Shown here one piece after another: positions 54,631 to 64,000 of a DNA stretch of 64,000 nucleotides (the first letter of the stretch is position 1; each line of letters starts with the position of its first letter). The DNA lies in NCBI RefSeq assembly GCF_000143415.4, contig NW_003314270.1, forward strand, positions 62,001 through 126,000, given 5' to 3'. This stretch comes from Selaginella moellendorffii. Lineage: Eukaryota > Plantae > Lycopodiophyta. The translations under genes and the position numbers were made by a program. Below the pieces are notes generated by a model that saw only the letters and a list, made by a program, of their open reading frames with translations, did not search any database and was not told where the DNA came from.

Positions 54631-55774
54631 ATGAGGCAGCTGAAGAAGAGCAACGACAAGGCGAGGCGCGGTGCTGCAATGAAGAAGCTGAAGAAGAGCA
54701 ACGACAAGGCGAGGCGTGTTGTGAGAGGTTTGGAGGGTGAATCAGAAATCAGTGCGGCTGGCAAGGCCTTGATCAGTCTGCCACGCCTGGACATTGCAGT
54801 GAGGGGGAAGGAGTGTGTGCTTTTGCTCTTCACGGAGGAGTCTGACGACGATCTCTCGTGGCCGCCGGTGCTGGCTTGGTATCCAGAGGAGCAACTGGTA
54901 GGAATTGTGTCAAACAGGTTGTTGCCGCGGGACTTCATTCCTATGGCCTCCTGCTCGGGCCTCCTCTGTGGCTTTCACAGAGAGGACGTCTTGTCTGACT
55001 GGCTGCCGGGATGGCCACCATGCCCGCTGCGGGTGGCCGTGTGCAACCCTCGCACGGGATTCCAACTAGAGCTCCCCGTTCTAAACGTGAGCGACAGCGC
55101 CAACGATCCAGCATCGGCGCACCGCTTGGGTCAGATCAAGCTGGAAATGCGAGGCAACCAGGAGCAATTTAGCATTCACGTCCTCTGCACAGCACGCGGA
55201 GTTCACACCGTTTACACTTGGCACTCGAGCTCCCAAGTCTGGGGATCGTCAACTAGTAAGCGGGATACCGACGGGGAATCTTGCTGGGGAGCTCATATTT
55301 CGGGATAGCAAGTTGCAGGCTTATGATCTTCACTCTGAAGCCTGGACCGCAATTCCAATTCCAGGTGCCAAAGCCTGGAACGACTTCCCGCTGCCACAAG
55401 GTTTTGAAGGCTACTCTTACCACAGAGTGGATCCTTTCCGGTACACACACAAGGTGATAGTGGTCGGCCAGTGCGAAAATAAATTACCTGGGGGCATTGT
55501 ATTGCTGGAACTGGAAGGAGGAGGAGGCGGGCCTCCGGTGTGGAGGCCGGTGGCGTGGGCAACCGCCGACCAGTTTGCAGATTTTGGGACACCGCCTCCA
55601 GCATATTTAGTCGACTGGCCTCTTCAAGGTGGCGATTTGGTAGTCATGCGCGCAGCAACATGCTCGATGCTGGATAAGCCCGTAGCTCTCCATCTCAAGC
55701 ATCATAATTGGCTGGAACTTCCCGCAAGCGTGTGCCGCCTCAATCTCCAGGCCGTCTGCGTCTACAACCCGTAG
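54631..55774 (+). pseudogene. F-box/kelch-like protein, degenerate F-box, frameshift near 55255-55310
   Basis: PMASCSGLLCG..VAVCNPRTG..ELP is typical of plant F-box-associated domains. The reading frame breaks between ORFs 54631-55308 and 55313-55774 and no compatible intron was found. A 48-bp N-terminal tandem duplication is present. Confidence 0.6.
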
Positions 55775-57429
55775 AACTCGACGTCAAAAGGAGAAAGAAA
55801 GAGCACGAGGTGTGGAGCTGCTTTGTGTGTGGGGGTTGGGGAGGGACCGGGGGAGCTGCACAAGCATCGGCAAGCGCAACCTCCAGGACCCTCGGTCTGG
55901 CTTTAGCCGCTAGCAGGAAGAAGCGACGGTCTTGAACCATAATCTGGTATATAGTTCACTGCTCTTCAAGTGGACCATATGGAAGAGGTACACACCATTG
56001 CGCTTGCTTAGTTTTGTGTAGCATTAGGTAGCATCATGTCTTGTATGTACACCAACTGAGATTGCTGCCGTAGCAATGCTTTGGTCAGTGGCTGGATAAT
56101 TTATGCAAACAGAGCATATAATTGTATGCGGATTTCAAAATGCGTGCCTGTATTTAATATAATACAGGCAAAACCAAAATACTGATCAAGTCTGTAAGCT
56201 TCTGGCTGATCTGATACATAATTCATCGCTAGTTCTTGCAGAAGGATGTCGAACTCGGAAAATACTGACCGAGAGGTAAATCTTTTTTCCATTTGAGTTT
56301 GGAGGATGTTAACCGCTAAATATGGTTTTACCGCCTCCATGTTCACGAAGATATCAGAACTCTTGCTGGTGCCTGAGATGTCCGAGAGTAGCAGGTATGA
56401 CTATTCAAGACCCATCTCCATTCAAGGTACTAGTTGGATTTCTTGTGACAGATCATGCCGGTGACCATTGCAAATGGAGTTGCCTCTTGATGAAAGATTT
56501 CCTTGAGGCCATTGCGAAGGAACTCTTCAAGAAAGTAAAGAAGAACGCCAACGCATTCATTCGATAACTTCAAGCGGATTCAGGTGTTGTCCCCAGGTCG
56601 AGCCACTCAGAGTCAATGTGCTCTTCCAGGCAAGCAGCGTCCAGGCAAACAAAAAGATTCAAGCACTTACGATACTTTGTGGACATCGAAAATGCTAGCA
56701 AGAAGCACAGAAAGACGCACAATCTCGTTCAACAGGGGCCAAAGGATGGAGGATGGGATTTGGATGATATTAAACTGGGACACATCACTCTCATTGTGCT
56801 TTCTAGGTGCCTGCGCGAGCCTGAAAGTAGGAGCTACACAGGCAGGTCCCTGGATTGGAGCAACGGCAGTTCCGGGCATGGTGCAGAACGCGATTTTGGA
56901 ACAGGTATGCAAATGCGGGGGCATGCACTGAAGGTCTTTAAGATAATGGGCATCTCGAGCTTGGAAATTGGAAACCACAGCCCACTAAATCGGGATATGG
57001 ACCCAGCCCTCAAAGAACAGAGTAGTAAGCATGAATGTGAAAGGTGGGAGTTTGCTTGCAACTTGCTAAGAATATGCTCCAAAACAAATCTGCTGTTGCC
57101 GTGTACAGCAGCAAAAGATTTCAAGCAGATGGTTGAAATCTTGTTCTGTCTGATACGTTTACCTTATCCCGCACAAGTCAACTGCCGACTGTAAGGCCAA
57201 CGGCTGCTTCGTACCCGCCCAGTCAACGCGTGGGCAACTGATCCACGTCTTTGACTGGGGGGTCAACGGCGAAGTTTCATGCTGAGGGAAGGCCCCCTCT
57301 GCAACCCCAAGACTTGCAGCCCATCTTTACGACGACAGAGAAAACACAACATTTCCAAGGGCGACTTACATTTGACACAGCCTCTTGTTGACATATATGA
57401 TCAGCATTCAGCACCGAGGTCCTTGTTTC

Positions 57430-58960
57430 ATAGCGTGTTGAGTATGAGCGGTAGTCCATGGAACGCCTTCAGAGATGCGACTTTGGCTTCCATCAATGCG
57501 AACAACTGGTCGACGCACACTCGAGGGCCGAGGGAGAAATGAAAGCGTTCGGGGATGCTTGCAGGCGTTGAAGATGCCATCTTTGAAGCGCTCTGGGTCG
57601 AAATCGTTGGCATCTGGTCCCCAAAGTTCCTTGCCGTGGCGAATTGCTAGGGCTGGGAAGGTGACAGCGGCTCCTTTTGGAACAAACAAGTCTTGCACCC
57701 AGGTATCATGGAAGCAGGCTCTGAAAAACGCTATGACCGGTGAATACAGGCGCAAGGTCTCGTTAAGTATCATTCCTACCTGTGAATCGACACTGAAAGA
57801 GTATTGGAAATCAAAAACTTTTAAGATTTTCCCGACTTATGCTTCAGTTTGCTGATCTTATCGGCATCAATGTGGTGCACCATCCTTCTAAATTTCCTGT
57901 ACTTCAGCACGAGCACGTTCCTGCCAATCGGGATAAACAGCCAGCAGCATCACAGTCCAGGATAGCAGCGAAGCCGTTGATTCATGCCCGGCAAGGTAGA
58001 ATGTCTTGCATTCGTTCTGTCGCTGATTCTCACTCTCGCTCTCGGTCAGCATCAAGCCGAGCAAGTCATCGCCATAAGACTTGCTTCCTTGTTTAATCGT
58101 CTCCCGGCGTTGAGCAATCACCCCAAGAAGTACAGCCTCCAGCTGTTTTTGAAGCTTGAACCAGAGCGTGATTACCAGAGAGCCAGATCGAACGACGCAA
58201 AATCGGTCAATTTTGCATAAGCCTGACAGAGGCTACTACCCGGTATGATCCAGCGATAGCGGGCAATCCTGTTGAGTCGCTCTGTTATGATTTCAAAAGC
58301 CCTCTGACCGTTGGCATAGTTGCTTCCAAATAACATCTGCAGTACTAAGCTTATATTTAAGATCCTGGCAAATCTCCACTTCGGACTGCTGCTGCATCAT
58401 TTTATCCCACCTGTCAAGCATGCATGTCGGACGTGCAATTCACCATCGCTCCAACCATTTTCTGCACAAGCAGAAGCAGTAGTGGTCATGGAAGCTTAAG
58501 CAGCTGGGTTGCAGGACGATCTTACCTTGAGCTGCTCTTTGAGATAAAATGCTGGGAGATTCCGACACAACGCGTCGGTAATGAGCCCATTCATCTCCAC
58601 GAGATCCTGGCGGCAGATCCTGGGCATGCATGCGCCTTCTGTGGATTCTCTCACCAAAGCGGCAGTACTGAGATTGCATCGAGCCACAAGCCACCATGAG
58701 AGAGCTTGCCTGGTTTGGCTTGGACAACACCACTCCACTCTACCCTGGTTCCAAGTTCACCTCACATCATTTGGAACCACGAATATTCTCTAATTAACAA
58801 TGGGGAAAAAGGCTCTGACGTAAGTAATTTTTTTGGTGTGTTTCCGATAAAAGCTGTAGTAATCTTTAATGCCAACATAAAGCTTTTTTGGTGGAAGCGT
58901 CCTGTTTTACATCAGTTCCATTTCTAGAATACGGTGTGTAGCTTGCTACCAATGGAAATC
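57430..58960 (-). pseudogene. Cytochrome P450 (CYP72 clan, CYP709/734-like) pseudogene
   Basis: [69 protein letters not shown] and FSLGPRVCVD, with multiple frameshifts and deletions. Confidence 0.9.
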
Positions 58961-60692
58961 ATAACCTGGAAAAGAATAATCGTCTTTGTCAAAGCATTGA
59001 GAAGATATCACCAAGATAAGGCCATGGAGGATTCTATAAGTCTCGTGTACAAAGGTGGTGGCACGAGTTAAAAGCCTGGACAGAACGTTTGGGATTAAAT
59101 CTGGAGCTTGTGATCTTTAGACAACTATCCACTGTGGACAATATGGCTCTACAACAATGGCTAGCAAGCTGGACAGTAGGCGCACTCTATATCAAATTTA
59201 TTGTGCAACCATTGGACTTTCTTAGATATAACCATGCGGTACCATGAGTACACACCACGTTTGCTACTTACCATTGCGGCACACACAGACTTCAGCTAGA
59301 GCAGGGCCGCCACTGCAGCCCATGCATTCCCTGTCAACAATGAAGGAATCGTCAGGCGCCGCCCCCCCCCCCTAAAAACGTGATTCGAAAAGCTGCCATC
59401 CCATATTTCACGACGGGAAATTCTGACTGCACAAAGATAAAGATTGAGAAGAAAATATCCTTACATTTTTCTTGCAAGACTTCTATACACGCGGGTGGCT
59501 CTAGAGCTCTAGGATGGACGGGGCATTTAAGGATCATTTGATCAAGAATAATATCTATATTTGAAAAGCGATCCGAATGGGCAATGTGTATAGTTCCCAT
59601 CTGCGGCGCTGTGTGTACATGAGGGAGGAACGCATTCATGGTTCCAAATGGCGTGAGTGGCATTGTCCTGGCCTGCTTTTCAAGCTTGGCATGTTTTGTG
59701 GTGATTTATGGCTCGATACATCCCCCGGCCGAAGAAGCCCAGTTACTCTCGAATAATGAAGCATTGGGTGGCAATTCATCCATGGTGAGAATGAATAAGG
59801 TGTCGAAAGAGATGCTCATGCAGATGGTGGCCAAGCATCCTGTGGTCACAACTATGTGTTTCAAGGAATCCACTGTCTTCAACGATGAAATCTTTGAGCA
59901 GCTAGGGCTTAATACACAGGGACACTACAATGGGACCAATGTCTCATCCCGCGTTGTTGTGTGGTTGTGGGTTACAAGACCATCTTTGACTAGAGTTGAA
60001 CATTTTCTATCGGGTCATAAAATCTTAAACTATACTACAATAACAACAACAATACTTACAGAATTTGAGGCGTCCCGCTGAGAAAAAGTTGGGAAAAGTT
60101 TAAGGTATCTGCAACGGCAAATAAAGAACTTACCAGGACTTGAAAACGATTGAAGAGAGCACTAAGTCGTGATTGTCCATAGCTATCCACTGGTGAACCT
60201 CGAAGATATGGCCACAGTCGAAGCTCGATGAATCTGTCGGAGCTCTCACTCTTCTTCAGTGTCATAAGTATGATTGCGATGCCAAATGACGTAGGGATTT
60301 GCCATACAAGCCTATGTAGGGATACTATGAGCAGCTTCGTGCACGGGCTGTCACAGCGTGGCCTCTCGCAAATCTCGAAGCTTCTGAGATGCTAGCCGTT
60401 CCAGATGCAAGGCTCGAGGCAACGCTTGCAGGGTGCTTCACAGACGTCTGTGCATCAGCTGTGAAAGCAGCATTTCTCCTGTGAGAAAGGTGGGTGCGCA
60501 GTGGTGCCCGCAAAGAGATCTCTTTTGCACTGAAACTTCATGGTTCACCTTGATTGAAATTGTGGTCCATTTTTAAAGAAGCTTTTCCAAACATGACTCA
60601 TGCAAAATGAAAAAACATGGACTTGAACCTCTTCAAGTTTATTGCTTGTTGTGTTTCGTAATTAGTCGTTCGTACCTCGCAGGAGAAGAACT

Positions 60693-60976
60693 TTATGGAT
60701 TGCCAGACAGTGGTGGCACATCAGGTCGAGGTAAAAAACCTGTCACAGAAAGTGGCTACTATTATTATAATCGGTTCTGTTTCTTGAAGACTCACCAGGA
60801 TCCCGTTTTCTCAATCCTGGAGGCGGTGATGCCAAATCTACTGGCGATGCCTGTTCCTCCAAGAGGACACGATCACCAATTGTATGCCCAAAAGCACCAG
60901 CTCTACAGGAAACTTGGTGTGTCATTGCAAGCATTATAATGGCAGACACAAGCAGCAGCACTAGAAAGCCCTTCAT
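60693..60976 (-). CDS. 75-aa secreted small-peptide precursor, 2 coding exons
   Basis: Exon 1 (60976-60796), a 56-nt GTGAGT..GACAG intron and exon 2 (60739-60693) give MKGFLVLLLVSAIIMLAMTHQVSCRAGAFGHTIGDRVLLEEQASPVDLASPPPGLRKRDPGFLPRPDVPPLSGNP*. Confidence 0.72.
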
Positions 60977-62499
60977 CTTTTCTTTGGCTCTGCCATTTTC
61001 GCGGTTCTTAAAGCCCTGACTGAGGGGTGCACAGTATTGACTTGTTGACTATGGACTTGGACTAAGCACGTGGGGAGACTTTCAGTTATGTTTAGAGAAG
61101 TAATAGGTTTTGGTATATTATTTTATTTTTGACTATATTTTTTCATGTGCTAAATCAAGATCATTTTTAGATGGATTGGGTAGAAATGTACAAATGTTTC
61201 TGGTTACTTAAGTTCAAGTGGCTTACTTAGTGTTTTGTTTATACTTGTCTAGAGATTTGTGTCCCAATAGCAAAATTTTGCTTAGTCTTTCCTGATGGGA
61301 AATATTTACCCATTGGGAAACTTCCAACGTTCCTTAAGAAAAATATTAACCTTTTTCTGCCATTCTAAAGTTCAATCATTAGTCTGTTTGGTCATTGGTC
61401 TTCTTCTGCTGTGTATGTTTAGAGCTGTAAAGAAGCCATGATCTACTCCCCATTCTTGTAGCACACTGGTTAACTTGAGTTATTGTTTGATTTTGAATAA
61501 GGTAAGCATAACTCTTGTTGAACTATGAATGGCCACATTTGACTAGATTATAGTTTCAGTTGTGCTTAGATGAATCTTAGGATGTGGTATTCCCTTTACA
61601 ACAAGCCAAACAACCTTTTCATCATACTTATAGTTGATGAGTTTGCCAAAGTTCTATACCATTTATCATATATTTATCATTTCTCTATATTTATTGAGGA
61701 ATATATTCATTACTGACCACAAGAAGAATTAAATCTTAAACCTCTGCTCATGGGATTTGAATTCAAAACTTACTATAGATGGATATATGAGATTGATTAT
61801 ATTTCTAGATTAATGGAGGTTGGACTAAATTAATTTCTAGAGTCCCTATAAAGGTAAGGTTTTAAAAGTTTTATATTATATTATTAATTTTCATCATTTC
61901 CCTTCCTCTTGATGATGAACTCTTGACAATTTAAACACTCTCCATATCAATATTTTCTCACATCCTCTTCAGTTGCAGTTAGATCTAGATACATTGTGAA
62001 AGCCATAGCAAGGATTATTTATTTTATTCAAACTATGAGGTCCAAATATACGGCTATGATGCTGTATCTTAATATTAGTATAGTGAGATTTTAGTAGCTA
62101 TTGGATTGATTTCAATTTGGACTATTCGCTTCTATATATAAGCTAGAGCTTTTAAGTTAATTGATATAGACATTTTTTATATTCTTTTTTTATATTCCAT
62201 GCACTCACATCAGTGGAGTTGAGGGGTATTTTTGATTGTCCTTGAGGAGTGATTTTGGCTTAGATTTAGCTTTTACAGCGTTTAGATCTAATTTTTTCCA
62301 TTTTCTATCTTTTATTCTTTCCTTTTAGGATTTTGGTTTAAATTTAGCTTTTGCATTGTTTAGATTTTCTTTTCCTTCTAACTTATTTCATTTCTTTTCT
62401 TTTGCTATTTTCTTTTCATTCATCTTCATGGCAAAACAATAGTCTTCTCCTCCTTTGACTTTGAAACAATAGTTGGTGTAATTATTTGATATTGTGTGA

Positions 62500-64000
62500 T
62501 TGCAATTGAATAACTAAACTCAGTTGATGGCAGCATTCACAACACATGGTACAGTTCCTCCTACTCTTGGTGCCAATCCTGGCATTCGGCTAAAGTTCTT
62601 TCAAAAAAACTTAAGGATGATGTGTACCATTGATTCAATCATTTTATAGTGATTGCCATATATCATTTTTGGGATGATGCTCGACATTGGCATGGGTCTC
62701 CCATATATCTTTAAGGGATGGCGCTGTAGTGGTATAATGGTTTGAGCACAGTCACTCGTGAGGATTAGAGTGTTCTCTCGGACATCTTCAAATGTGCATT
62801 CGAACATGCCAACGATTGTGATGATTAATGATGGTCACTCAAAGAGATCAAGATTTTACATGCAAATGTCAAGGAGATGTTGGAAAAGGGTGTTATTCGA
62901 AAGTCGCGAAATCCTTGGCATGTGAACTTCATCTTGTGATGAAGCCTAATGGGAGTATTCATTTTTGCATCGATTATCATCAATTAAATGAAGTGATGAT
63001 CCTAGATGTGTATCCTCTTTTTCACACTGCTAATCTCTTGGATTGTCTAGGGAGAAGTTGTTAATTCACTAAGCTAAATCTTACAAGTATTGATGGTTAC
63101 TCCCCCTTGTGTTATGGAAGGATGGTTGGGAGTCAATTATAGTTTCTTGTTTGTTTGAGTTTTGGCATTTGATCTTATAGGACCTTTTCCACAATCGACT
63201 GCTACCAATGAGTATGTTATTATTGCTTCTGACTACTTGATTCGCTGAGTGGAAGTTGAAGCTTTTGCTAGTGCCTTTACAACTATTATTAGGTACTTCC
63301 TCTTCAATCAAGTGGTGTTTTAGCAATCTTGTCCAGAGTGGATTCTTTCAGATAATGGTCCCATATTTATAACTGAGGCATTTTATATTTTAACATCTCA
63401 GTTGGGGATACATCACACTTTTATGAGTGTTTATCATCCATAAATAGACGGTTTGTTATAATAGCTCGTTCGGACATTTAAAAGGATGATCACAAAATAT
63501 GTAAACTTTCAGCATTTAGATTGGGATGGTTATTTGCCATTTTTTCTGCATGTATATGTTATAGGGGTGTAGAGTTCTATTGGTGCTTCACTATAAAAAT
63601 TCTTATATGGTCATAATCCAATATAACCAATAGAGTTGGGTTTACCTTTGTGATTACCATGAGTTGCCGATGCTAAGTCGTGGGATTAATATTTGATGAG
63701 CATTCTTCCACTTATCTAAGCAAATCTGCCAAATATCTAAACTGTGTACAAGTGGGACAACAATGGTGCTATAACTTCTACCATCATCCACCTGTGGAGT
63801 ACAAAATGGATGAATTGATGTTAGTTTGTTTTCCCCATCTTATAGTACATGGTTTCTTTAAAGGGCTCTTTTCTTAGTGGAAAGGATTGTATTGGGTGTT
63901 ACGGCAAGTTGGACCACAAGTTTAAAAGGTTCGGCATGACATCCAATAAATCAATCCTCCAGAAATTATATATGTATAGCAGTTAAAATGCTTCATACAA
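62500..64000 (+). mobile_element. Highly decayed Ty3/gypsy LTR retrotransposon (gag, RT and integrase remnants)
   Basis: KPNGSIHFCIDYHQLNEVMILDVYPL (RT start), GPFPQS..YVIIASDYL, SDNG, YHP*IDG and DWDGYLPF (integrase). Many stops, AT-rich, and most of RT/RNaseH is deleted. Confidence 0.88.

Noticed and set aside
59638-60081. Papain-like fragment (LMQMVAKHPVV)
   Set aside because: The similarity is only about 12 residues and no catalytic motifs are present, so it is left unassigned.
61250-62450. Possible decayed LINE ORF1 or gag on the minus strand
   Set aside because: It is AT-rich and full of stops, with no motif clear enough to call.

Overview
This is plant nuclear DNA with very dense genes, 45-70 nt GT-AG introns and intergenic gaps often under 100-300 bp. 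Those traits, plus intronless PLS-PPR genes, a cyanovirin-N homolog and a PAS-type hybrid histidine kinase, point to a lycophyte, most likely Selaginella moellendorffii (inferred, not database-checked). Bases 1-52,100 carry, in order: LRR-VI receptor-like kinase, ISE2 helicase, ZHOUPI-like bHLH, two decayed PPR copies flanking a CVNH lectin, MSH5, PAS hybrid histidine kinase, tRNA-Arg(UCG), RPA2, DREB2-type AP2/ERF, RH22-like DEAD-box helicase, an ARM-repeat protein, about 4 kb with no long ORF and a 100-N gap, BPG2, a hidden 72-aa membrane microprotein, a DYW-PPR, a 74-aa microprotein, tRNA-Leu(UAG), 5PTase11 and clathrin heavy chain. Bases 52,100-64,000 are an accessory/decay zone with LINE and Ty3/gypsy remnants, duplicated CYP72-clan pseudogenes, a broken F-box-like gene and an intact two-exon secreted peptide precursor. 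The best leads are: (1) a divergent four-gene cassette at 35.8-42.1 kb that may make two dicistronic mRNAs from one 86-bp promoter; (2) the IDA/PIP-like secreted peptide; (3) the CVNH gene embedded in a PPR duplication; (4) two U12-type introns in MSH5; and (5) an apparent frameshift and a duplicated splice donor in clathrin. All exon structures were derived by hand, and family assignments come from recalled motifs.
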